A model generated the notes under the pieces. It did not search any database. It had not been told where the DNA came from and was given only the letters and a program-made list of their open reading frames with translations. Shown piece after piece: positions 1 to 8,128 of a DNA stretch of 64,000 nt. The translations under genes and the position numbers were made by a program. Origin of the DNA: Eubacteriales bacterium (GTDB taxonomy: Bacteria; Bacillota; Clostridia; Oscillospirales; CAG-272); contig JAZODH010000003.1 in NCBI GenBank assembly GCA_045596925.1, forward strand, positions 1,100 to 65,099, in the 5' to 3' direction. The first letter of the stretch is position 1, and the number at the start of each line of letters is the position of its first letter.

Positions 1-43
1 ACATTTCCCCGCCTTCATTTGGGGTTATCTGCTGGTCTGCCAT
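1..43 (-). CDS. 5' end of an unidentified CDS running off the left edge (MADQQITPNEGGEM...)
   Basis: ATG at 41-43 (minus) with a GAAAGGAA RBS about 10 nt upstream, 31 nt downstream of the greA stop. 14 codons are too few to name a product. Confidence 0.3.
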   Translation of the reverse strand, partial: MADQQITPNEGGEM

Positions 44-74
44 TGTTTTAAAATTCCTTTCAGTCAAATAAGCA

Positions 75-563
75 TTAAAGCTTTGCTCTCGATACGTCGA
101 GAACCTCAAGGCGTGTGGTTCCTCTGGGAGTTTCAAGAGTTACAACGTCACCCTTCTTTGCGCCGATAAGAGCCTTACCGATAGGTGACTGGTCGGAGAT
201 AAGTCCATCAGCCGCAGACACCTGGTTAGGCGCAACGATGCTATATTCAAAGGTCTTTTTCATTTCCTTGTTTTTAACTTTTACATAGGAACCAACGCTT
301 ACGATGCTTGCGTCAAGGGTCTCCTCGTCAACAACGACCGCGTTCTCGATGAGGTATTCAAGCTCCTTGATCTTTGCCTCGATCTGAGCCTGCTCGTTTC
401 TTGCCGCATCGTATTCCGCGTTCTCGGAAAGGTCTCCGAAAGAGCGGGCTACCGCGATCGCCTCAAGATTTCTGGGTCTCTGTACGTTTTTTAGATCGTC
501 AAGCTCGGCCTTGAGCTTATTCAGACCGTCCTCTGTGTAGAGCATCTGACTTTCCTTTGCCAT
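75..563 (-). CDS. greA: transcription elongation factor GreA
   Basis: 162 aa. N-terminal coiled coil with SENAEYDAARNEQ and C-terminal SPIGKALIGAKKGD, both GreA/GreB signatures. GGAGGA RBS 7 nt before the ATG. Confidence 0.95.
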   Translation of the reverse strand: MAKESQMLYTEDGLNKLKAELDDLKNVQRPRNLEAIAVARSFGDLSENAEYDAARNEQAQIEAKIKELEYLIENAVVVDEETLDASIVSVGSYVKVKNKEMKKTFEYSIVAPNQVSAADGLISDQSPIGKALIGAKKGDVVTLETPRGTTRLEVLDVSRAKL

Positions 564-615
564 GTCTGTGTCCTCCTATGCCGCACTCGCGGCGAAAAAA
601 TTTATGATAGTAAAA

Positions 616-1878
616 TTACTTGCCTTCGTTAAAATATCGAATCGCTCTCTGGAGCTGTGTGTCCTGTGCGTCGGTGATCTTATAGATACTGATGCCCTCC
701 GTAGATTCGTCCATATCTATTTCGATATCGGGAGTGATACCGATACCGTCGTAGCCCTCCGAGAAGGGCGGGAAATACATCTTGGTGGTAAGCTTGATTC
801 CGCTTCCGTCGGTCAGGGGAATGGTGGTCTGCATACTTCCCTTTCCGTAGGTCACGTTTCCGACTGATGTCGCCTTATCGTAGTCCATGAGCGCGGAGGT
901 GAACAGCTCGGCGGCAGAAGCGGTGCTTGAGTTACACAGAACTGCCATGGGCATATTGAATTCGCTCTTATCCGAGTCGATCGACTCCTCTTTACCGCTT
1001 TTGTCCTTTATTCTGATAATAGGACCTTCGGGCACGAGAAAATCAAGGATCTCGCAGATCGAATCCAGGTTTCCGCCGGGGTTATAGCGAACGTCAAACA
1101 CAAGCTTTTCAGCTCCGTTTGCCTTCAGATCGTCGATAGCAGTCAAGAACTGATCGGGTGTCGTTGCATCAAATTCAAGTATCTTTATGATACCCACGGT
1201 CTTATCCGTCTCACAGATGCGATGCGTTACCGTCTGCTCCTTGACAAATCCTCGCTCGATGGAATATTCCTTCGTCTGAGCGTAATTGTCACCGTAGTTG
1301 ACAGTGAACTCACACAGAGTTCCGGCCGTTCCCTGGAGAGCCATTACGGCGTTGGTATAGCCAAGCTCACCGACGGGAGTAGCGTCCTCACCGATACCCA
1401 CGTAGGTTATGAGGTCGCCCGGCTCAAGTCCTGCCTCAAGGGCCGGCGAATCGGGGAACACGTTTATGATCTCAATGACGTTATATTCGGTATTATGGAT
1501 AATGCTGATACCGATCCCCTGCATATCACCGTTTGAGTCGTCCATCATTGCGGAAAATTCCTCTTCCGTATAATATTCGGCATATCTGTCGCCCGTTCCC
1601 TGCGCCAGTCCTTTGAGCGCGCCGTTTGTCAGCGCCTCGTCGTCAAGGTCGTAGTAGGAATACAGAGTGAAGATGCTTTTTATGATCTCCAGCTTTTCAT
1701 CCGAGGTCATATTGCTGTCGGCAATAACGTTGCCCGAGCCGTCCGCCAGATCCTGTGCGAAGCTGCCGTACTTTTCCCGGAACACTTCCGACGTGCCCAC
1801 AAAGGTCGCCATGAAAACGACCAGCACCGTCAAAAGAATTGACAGAATGAATATGGGAAGTGAAACTTTCTTATTCAA
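616..1878 (-). CDS. carboxy-terminal processing (S41, Ctp-type) serine protease with PDZ domain
   Basis: 420 aa. N-terminal TM anchor, PDZ-like PDSPALEAGLEPGDLI, S41 core VLCNSSTASAAELF and YGKGSMQ. TTG start 5 nt after GGAGGA. Confidence 0.9.
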   Translation of the reverse strand: MNKKVSLPIFILSILLTVLVVFMATFVGTSEVFREKYGSFAQDLADGSGNVIADSNMTSDEKLEIIKSIFTLYSYYDLDDEALTNGALKGLAQGTGDRYAEYYTEEEFSAMMDDSNGDMQGIGISIIHNTEYNVIEIINVFPDSPALEAGLEPGDLITYVGIGEDATPVGELGYTNAVMALQGTAGTLCEFTVNYGDNYAQTKEYSIERGFVKEQTVTHRICETDKTVGIIKILEFDATTPDQFLTAIDDLKANGAEKLVFDVRYNPGGNLDSICEILDFLVPEGPIIRIKDKSGKEESIDSDKSEFNMPMAVLCNSSTASAAELFTSALMDYDKATSVGNVTYGKGSMQTTIPLTDGSGIKLTTKMYFPPFSEGYDGIGITPDIEIDMDESTEGISIYKITDAQDTQLQRAIRYFNEGK

Positions 1879-1890
1879 GGGATTCCTCCA

Positions 1891-3120
1891 TCAGGGTTGT
1901 TTTACGTAATTTAAGGGGTTCTGCTTTGCGCCGTTGATTCTTACCTCAAAGTGCAGGTGGTTACCTGTTGAATGTCCCGTAGTACCAACGTATGCTATCA
2001 CGTCGCCCTGCTTTACCTTATCGCCAACCTTACAGTTGAGCTTGCTTGCGTGAGCATAGAGCGTTGCCTTTCCGCCGCCGTGGTCGATGATAACGTAGTT
2101 ACCGTAGCTGTAATGCCAGGTGGCCGTTATGACCTTACCGCTGTTGGAGGCGTAGATATTGGTTCCCTTGCTTGCGGGGATATCGATACCGTTATGGTGC
2201 TCACGTTTACCGTTAAGAGTTCTCCAGCCAAAGGGAGAGCTGATACGGCTCCAGCTTCTTGGAACAGGCCAGATAAACTCACCGCCCACAAAAGCGGAGT
2301 TTTCCTTTTCCTGAAGCTCTTTTAAGTATTTTTCGATCTCTTTATCGATCTTTGCCTCTTCTGCGGCATAAGAATTATACGTGTTGGTATAGCTGTTGAT
2401 GTCCTTTTGAAGGTTATTGAGGTAGTTTTCGTTTTCTGCCTGAAGCTCTTCAAGCTCCGCCTCGCGCAGAACAAGCTCCTCCTTATACTCAAGCTGAGCG
2501 TTCATCGAGGTCTCAAGCTCGGTCTTGGCTACCTTGAGCTTGTTTTCAAGAGTTCTCATCTCCTCCATTACCGTGGAGCAATAGTCCATAAGCGAGGAAA
2601 CTCGTTCTACTCTGGTCAGAAAGTCGTAGAAATTTTCAGCACCGAGGACCATTTCTATGTAGCTGGCGTTTCCGCCCTCATAGGTGAGAAGCATGACCTG
2701 CTTGAAGTTCTCAAACTGCTTATTTTTCTCGGTCTTTGCCTCTTGTATCTCGGCTTCTTTGTCCTTTATCTTACGGTTCAGCTCGGAAATGAGTTCGTTT
2801 ATGGTGGTAACTTCCTCATTTACGATATTCATCTGCTGGTCGATATAGGACTTATATTTCACCGCCTCTGCCTTATTGTTTTTTGCGGCAGTGAGCTTCT
2901 TTGATATCTCGTTTTTCTGTTTTTTCAAAGCGTCCAGCTTATTCTCCATTGCCTGGAGGTTGGCATCAGTGGCCGCTTCAACGCGCAGATTAAACGCAAG
3001 GAACTGTCCGACTGCTAAAAATGCGATAACGAAGGCGAGAAAGCCGCACAGGGCGCAGATCAGTTTTTTCTTTTCAAATATTTTATTACAGATCGCTTTA
3101 ATAACAACCGCTCCTTTCAT
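1891..3120 (-). CDS. coiled-coil M23/LytM peptidase (EnvC-like architecture, catalytic motifs intact)
   Basis: 409 aa. TM/signal anchor, about 230 aa of heptad-rich coiled coil, C-terminal LytM domain with HxxxD (HNGIDIPA) and HxH (GHSTGNHLHFEV). No good SD at the ATG at 3120. Confidence 0.9.
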   Translation of the reverse strand: MKGAVVIKAICNKIFEKKKLICALCGFLAFVIAFLAVGQFLAFNLRVEAATDANLQAMENKLDALKKQKNEISKKLTAAKNNKAEAVKYKSYIDQQMNIVNEEVTTINELISELNRKIKDKEAEIQEAKTEKNKQFENFKQVMLLTYEGGNASYIEMVLGAENFYDFLTRVERVSSLMDYCSTVMEEMRTLENKLKVAKTELETSMNAQLEYKEELVLREAELEELQAENENYLNNLQKDINSYTNTYNSYAAEEAKIDKEIEKYLKELQEKENSAFVGGEFIWPVPRSWSRISSPFGWRTLNGKREHHNGIDIPASKGTNIYASNSGKVITATWHYSYGNYVIIDHGGGKATLYAHASKLNCKVGDKVKQGDVIAYVGTTGHSTGNHLHFEVRINGAKQNPLNYVKQP

Positions 3121-3156
3121 TTTTTGACAAACGTTTGGTGGATTATTCTTCTTTTA

Positions 3157-4368
3157 TCAGGCTTCAAGGTTCTTTCTGAGGGAAATACAGCTTCCGATAA
3201 CACCTGTCAGCACGCCCAGACCTATAAATGCAAGGGCAACGGGCAGACGGATAGTGTCAAAGGAGATAAGCTCGATGATAGGGGTATCGGTAGAGATTAT
3301 GGAGCCGATCTTATAGTATATCCCCCACTCGACCACAAAGGAGATAACGCCGGAGAAGATTCCGATGATAGTTCCTTCGATGATATAGGGAATCACTACG
3401 AACCAGTTGGAGGCTCCGATGTATTTCATTACGCGGATCTCTTCCATATGGGAGTTGACCGCAAGCTTGATCGTATTGATAATTATGAACACGCTAACAA
3501 CGAAAAGCACGACCAAGAACCAAATGAATATCATGGAAATGCCGTCCTTTAAGTTTTCAAGAGACATTGCCAGATCCTGGCGGTTATTTACCTTGCGGAT
3601 CCCATCCATCTCGTTGAGGTTAAACTCAAGAGTTGCGACTTTTGCGTTGTCTATGTACTTGATTCTATAGCAATGAGCCAGGGGGTTTTTGTTGCTCGGC
3701 TCGTCGGGAGTTTCCTCGGTTACGGGAGCCTGTGGCTGAGTCTCGGGTTCTGTCTGTGCAGGCTCGCTGTCCGCCGTCTCTGCACTGTCGGAATCCGCGG
3801 GAGCAGCCGTTCCATCGTCACCCGTCGCTTCGGTGGAATCAGCAGGTGTTTCAGAGTCGGCAGGCTCGGTAGTATCGGGAGCCTTTTCGGTATCCGTCAC
3901 TTGCGGAGTTGTATCGGGAGCTTTCTCTGTATCCTGCGCTGCCTCCTCTTCGAACTCGTCAAAGAGGTCGGAAAATTCGGGGTAGGTAGCCTTCAGGTCC
4001 TCAAGTCCCTGAGCCTTTGAGATAAATTCAACGCTTTCCACGTTATCCAGCTTCTTTATCTCCTCGCCAAGGGCAACAGCGTCCTCCTCACTCATATCGT
4101 ACTCGGTAAACGCCACGATCTCGTTGAGAGAAGCCAGTTTATCCATGTTTACGTTAATATTGAACACCAGCAGAGCAAAGCAGCCAAGAACTACGAGGCA
4201 GCTTGCAAGAACAAGGATCGAGGCCAGCGACATGATACCGTCTCGCCAAAGGTTTTTGAATGCCTCGCCCACGAATATTGCGGGATTATAGGACTTCTTT
4301 ACCTTAATGGGCATAAGACGTCTCGGGGGCTGTCCGTTTGGTGTCATGTTCTGATTATTACTGTTCAT
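3157..4368 (-). CDS. ftsX: cell-division ABC transporter permease-like protein FtsX (with acidic low-complexity insert in the extracytoplasmic domain)
   Basis: Four-TM FtsX topology, NPL motif (NPLAHCYRIKY) before TM2, directly downstream of ftsE. Start refined to the ATG at 4368 (MNSNNQ...) with GGAGG 8 nt upstream, overlapping the ftsE stop by 11 nt. The ORF-track start at 4413 is rejected. Confidence 0.9.
   Translation of the reverse strand: MNSNNQNMTPNGQPPRRLMPIKVKKSYNPAIFVGEAFKNLWRDGIMSLASILVLASCLVVLGCFALLVFNINVNMDKLASLNEIVAFTEYDMSEEDAVALGEEIKKLDNVESVEFISKAQGLEDLKATYPEFSDLFDEFEEEAAQDTEKAPDTTPQVTDTEKAPDTTEPADSETPADSTEATGDDGTAAPADSDSAETADSEPAQTEPETQPQAPVTEETPDEPSNKNPLAHCYRIKYIDNAKVATLEFNLNEMDGIRKVNNRQDLAMSLENLKDGISMIFIWFLVVLFVVSVFIIINTIKLAVNSHMEEIRVMKYIGASNWFVVIPYIIEGTIIGIFSGVISFVVEWGIYYKIGSIISTDTPIIELISFDTIRLPVALAFIGLGVLTGVIGSCISLRKNLEA
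3868..3933 (-). repeat. in-frame imperfect tandem repeat encoding DTEKAPDTT twice inside ftsX
   Basis: Peptide DTEKAPDTTPQVTDTEKAPDTTEP. The nucleotide copies (…gtatcgggagcyttytc…gtatc) lie 39 nt apart. Confidence 0.7.
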
Positions 4369-5047
4369 CGAACATACCTCCCACTCTGTCGGACGCCACC
4401 TTACCACCCTCAAGGCGGATAACTCTGTGGTTATATTTATTTACGAGATTTTCCGCGTGAGTTACCACTACCACGGTCTTGTGCAGATTCTGATTGATCC
4501 ACACGAACAGATCCATAATATCCTCCGCGAGATGAGGGTCGATATTACCCGTGGGTTCGTCCGCGATAATGATATCGGGGCTGTTTGCAAGGGCTCTTGC
4601 AATAGCAACTCTCTGCTGTTCACCGCCGGAAAGCTCTTCGGGGAAACGCTTTGCCTTCTCAATAAGTCCCATCGAACGAAGGATCGCGGGGACACGGCGC
4701 TCGATCAGGAATTTGGGCGTTCCGATGACCTGCATGGCAAACGCCACGTTCTCGTAAACGGTCTTTTTGGGGAACAGCTTGAAGTCCTGGAAGATAACGC
4801 CCAGGCTGCGGCGGTATTTACATATTTTGCGGGGAGACATACGGTTCAGATTGAAGCCGTTCACCTCAAGGCTGCCCGAGGTGGGAGTCATCTCGCAAAG
4901 CAACAACTTAGTCATAGTCGTCTTTCCTGCGCCGGAGCTGCCGACGATAAAGACAAACTCTCCGTCTTTAATGTCGAAGCTGACACCGTCAAGTGCCACG
5001 TGGTTATTGTTTTTGTAAATGCTTCTTACATTATTGAATCGAATCAT
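4358..5047 (-). CDS. ftsE: cell-division ATP-binding protein FtsE
   Basis: 229 aa. Walker [10 protein letters not shown], signature [15 protein letters not shown], Walker [10 protein letters not shown]. Typical FtsE length and pairing with ftsX. Confidence 0.95.
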   Translation of the reverse strand: MIRFNNVRSIYKNNNHVALDGVSFDIKDGEFVFIVGSSGAGKTTMTKLLLCEMTPTSGSLEVNGFNLNRMSPRKICKYRRSLGVIFQDFKLFPKKTVYENVAFAMQVIGTPKFLIERRVPAILRSMGLIEKAKRFPEELSGGEQQRVAIARALANSPDIIIADEPTGNIDPHLAEDIMDLFVWINQNLHKTVVVVTHAENLVNKYNHRVIRLEGGKVASDRVGGMFDEQ

Positions 5048-5104
5048 TGAAAAAAATCTTTTCCTTTCTCATGTCAGCCGAAAAAGCTTGGCCGAGGTCA
5101 AAAA

Positions 5105-6193
5105 TTACAGCTTTGCGGGCTTGGAGTTAAGGTATTTCTTGACCATGAGTGCCACCTTAAAGGTGATGGCGTGCTCAAACTCGCGCAGGTCAAGGCCTGT
5201 GAGCTTACGGATCTTTTCAAGTCTGTAAACAAGAGTATTTCTGTGAACGAACAGTTTTCTTGACGTCTCCGATACGTTCAGATTGTTTTCAAAGAACGCC
5301 TGGATAGTCTGAAGCGTCTCGCGGTCGAGAGTCTCAAGTCCGCCCTTTTTGAACACCTCCTGCAAGAACATCTCGCAGAGTGTTGTGGGAAGCTGATAAA
5401 TAAGACGTCCGATGCCGAGATTTTCGTAGCTTACGATGCTCTTTTCGGTCTCAAATACCTTTCCGACCTCAAGGGCAACCTGCGCCTCTTTATAGGCCTT
5501 TGCAAGGTCCTTGATATTGTCAACAACGGTAGACACACCGATGGAGACCTTTGCATAGAACTCGGACTGGAGGGTGTCGGCAATGTTCGTTGCCATCTTC
5601 TCGATCTCTCTCACGTCCGTTCCCGCCTTGATGTCCTTTACGAGAACTATATCATTCTCACCTACGCTGATAACGTAGTCCTTTGACTTATCGGGGAACA
5701 TATTCTGGAGCATCTCAAAGGGCAGGATCTCGGTCTTGCCATCAAACTTGATAAGGAAAACTATTCTGCTCTCCTCGCTGTTGAAGTGAAGCTCCTTGCT
5801 CTTGATATAGATATCGCCCGACAGGATGTTGTCAAGGATAATATTCTTGATAAACGAGCCCTTATCATACTTTTCGTCGTAAAGGTTCTTGATGTTGCTC
5901 AGAGAAATGGAAAGCAGGCGGGCGGTCTTTTCGGCAGCTTTGTCCTCTCCCTCAACGAATACATAATATTCGGATTTGTTAGAGCCGACGCCGATAACTC
6001 TGTATGTATAACCGCCGCAGACAAAGGATTCCTGCATACGCGCGGGACAGTCGGCAAGCTCCTTTCTGTTTTCTCCGATCTTTGTAAGCTCGGAGCAAGC
6101 AATTACCGCATTACCCTCGTCAACTACGCCTATCGTTCTGTCGATGGCATCCTTCATTTGATGAATTACTCCGTGGAACAATCTGTTTGACAT
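5105..6193 (-). CDS. PucR/CdaR-family transcriptional regulator
   Basis: 362 aa. C-terminal PucR-type HTH SETSRKLFVHRNTLVYRLEKIRKLTGLD. Confidence 0.85.
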   Translation of the reverse strand: MSNRLFHGVIHQMKDAIDRTIGVVDEGNAVIACSELTKIGENRKELADCPARMQESFVCGGYTYRVIGVGSNKSEYYVFVEGEDKAAEKTARLLSISLSNIKNLYDEKYDKGSFIKNIILDNILSGDIYIKSKELHFNSEESRIVFLIKFDGKTEILPFEMLQNMFPDKSKDYVISVGENDIVLVKDIKAGTDVREIEKMATNIADTLQSEFYAKVSIGVSTVVDNIKDLAKAYKEAQVALEVGKVFETEKSIVSYENLGIGRLIYQLPTTLCEMFLQEVFKKGGLETLDRETLQTIQAFFENNLNVSETSRKLFVHRNTLVYRLEKIRKLTGLDLREFEHAITFKVALMVKKYLNSKPAKL

Positions 6194-6292
6194 ATCTTAT
6201 GCCCATTCCTTTCTTCTTTACGACGATTTTCCGTCATTTTCGGCGCTGTCGCCGCCGACACGTAATTTATTTAAAGGTTTTTTCTACAAAGT

Positions 6293-7069
6293 TCACATAT
6301 CGCTCAGTGCATTTACTACCGTATATACCATGTAGTAGATACCCAGAACCGCAAGAGAGTAAATAACGCTTCCCGCAATGAAATAACTGGTCACGACACC
6401 CGCGATCATAATTCCTGCGGATATGTAATAAGGATGCGCGCGAAAATCCTTTCCGTAAATGATCTGACGTCCGATCTTGATATCTCTTCCCTTTCCGACA
6501 AGGGTGAGGATCACCGCCGCCACGGCATAGAGACCAAGGATGATCACCGTCACGGTCTTTTCCGTGACCGTCGCCACTCGGAGAGTGGACAGAATCACGC
6601 CGCCGATAAGAGTATAGACGGAGAAGCTGAACATCTCACGGTCAAAGAGGCAGTACACAAGGTAGATGAGTGCGCAGATGGCAACGTAAAGTATCAGTCT
6701 GCGGGAGCTCACGGCGTTGAACCAGAGAGCTGCGAAGGTCAAGGCAAGGCAGGTGAACATTCCTGCAAGGAAGGGGCAGTCAAGAACTGCAAATTCTTTC
6801 TTATTCTTCTTTTTAAATATCAGAGCGACCGCCACCGATGCAACTGCAAGCACAGCAAAGCAACCTGCCAGGATCAGCGCAAACGGCGAATCCGGCTCTG
6901 CTCTTCCGCTTATATACTGGATACCGGTTATAACGGCGAAGAGCACCACTACAACTGTCAGCATTCTGTAATACAGAATCTCCGATCTCTTCATTCTTAC
7001 GGTATTTCCTTTTTTCGACATTTCAAAAAACCTTGTCCCGCGGGACTTCCCTTTCATTGTCCTTGCCAC
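6293..7069 (-). CDS. hypothetical multi-pass membrane protein
   Basis: About 6 hydrophobic helices, no recognisable motif. Start uncertain: GTG at 7069, or ATG at 7021 or 6994. Confidence 0.6.
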   Translation of the reverse strand: MARTMKGKSRGTRFFEMSKKGNTVRMKRSEILYYRMLTVVVVLFAVITGIQYISGRAEPDSPFALILAGCFAVLAVASVAVALIFKKKNKKEFAVLDCPFLAGMFTCLALTFAALWFNAVSSRRLILYVAICALIYLVYCLFDREMFSFSVYTLIGGVILSTLRVATVTEKTVTVIILGLYAVAAVILTLVGKGRDIKIGRQIIYGKDFRAHPYYISAGIMIAGVVTSYFIAGSVIYSLAVLGIYYMVYTVVNALSDM

Positions 7070-7084
7070 GCCGTGGCATTATCC

Positions 7085-7861
7085 TTAAATTTCCTGCTCA
7101 GTCATTTCCAGCTCGTAAGCCAGGCAACCGAGAACGAACGCAGGTGCCGTTTCGGTCCTTAGTATTCTCGGTCCGAGCCCCACCGTGAGCATTCCGTGTT
7201 CTCTTGCATACTCCGCCTCTTGCGGAGAAAATCCCCCCTCGGAGCCGATGACCACCGACACCGTAGGCACGTCGCCGTTCCGCAAATGAGCGAGTCTGCT
7301 TCTGACCGCGCTTTTCAGGCTGAGGGCATGCTCGTCCTCATAGCAAAACAGAGGAATATCCGCTCCTGCCGCCTCATCCACAGCCTCTTTGAAGCGTACG
7401 GTGGGCAGGATCTCGGGAACTCTGCCTCTGCCACTTTGCTTTGCGGCCTCAAGGGCTATCTTTTTGCGGCGGGAGAGCTTTTTGTCACCCGCTTCGGTCT
7501 TTTCCTTGGCTATACACCGACTGCTCTCGAAGGTCCTGACAGCAAACACACCGCATTCCACCGATTTTTGTATGACGGAATCAAGCTTATCGCCTTTGGG
7601 CAGTCCTTGGTAGAGGGTTACCTTATAGGGCGGTTCGCTCATGCAGTCTCCGCAGGAGATTATCTCAGCCGTCACGCTGCTGTCGTCGCAAAAATCACGT
7701 ATCACGCAGTCATATTCGACACCATGCATATCGCAGACGGTTATCCGCTCCCCTTTCGCCATTCTCAGCGATCTTGAAATGTGGTGAGCGTCCTCACCCG
7801 TTATCTGCACGGTTTTAAGCTCCTGATCGACATTATCAAGTTGGACAAAAAATCTCGGCAT
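7085..7861 (-). CDS. rsmE: 16S rRNA (uracil1498-N3)-methyltransferase RsmE
   Basis: RsmE motifs VVIGSEGGFSPQEAEYA and LGPRILRTETA. Start refined to the ATG at 7861 (MPRFFVQ) with a GGAGAA RBS. The track start at 7933 lies at the predicted TSS. Confidence 0.9.
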   Translation of the reverse strand: MPRFFVQLDNVDQELKTVQITGEDAHHISRSLRMAKGERITVCDMHGVEYDCVIRDFCDDSSVTAEIISCGDCMSEPPYKVTLYQGLPKGDKLDSVIQKSVECGVFAVRTFESSRCIAKEKTEAGDKKLSRRKKIALEAAKQSGRGRVPEILPTVRFKEAVDEAAGADIPLFCYEDEHALSLKSAVRSRLAHLRNGDVPTVSVVIGSEGGFSPQEAEYAREHGMLTVGLGPRILRTETAPAFVLGCLAYELEMTEQEI

Positions 7862-7944
7862 AAATTCTCCGTTTCGTCGGCTTTTGGTTATTTTGCTTTC
7901 GTAAAATTGGCGCAAAACCCCTATAAAAAACATATGCTCAATGT

Positions 7945-7973
7945 ATTATACTACAAATTTACCAAATTGTCAA
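7945..7973 (-). promoter_or_regulatory. SigA-type promoter for rsmE
   Basis: Minus strand reads TTGACA, 17 nt, TATAAT. A T/A-tract-rich block lies upstream (7974-8090). Confidence 0.6.
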
Positions 7974-8096
7974 ATGTTTTTTTGCATTTTTTCTGTTTTT
8001 ATTTGCTATTTTTTACAAAGAATTGGTTTTTGGTCATTTTTCCTTATATGTTTTTTGTAGTCAAATTGCCCAAAAGCCTCCAAAAATGCCCCAAAA

Positions 8097-8127
8097 CAGC
8101 AAAAGGAGCCATCGGCTCCTTTTGCTG
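8097..8127 (-). terminator. intrinsic terminator after the CapD-like gene
   Basis: 14-bp perfect stem cagcaaaaggagcc/ggctccttttgctg with a 3-nt loop. It starts 1 nt after the stop and has a UUUU run on the minus strand. Confidence 0.7.
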
Positions 8128-8128
8128 T

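Noticed and set aside
3688-3960. Acidic insert in ftsX, considered as an inserted foreign element or a frameshifted region.
   Set aside because: It is in frame, with conserved FtsX sequence on both sides and no flanking repeats or stop codons. It is treated as a low-complexity expansion.
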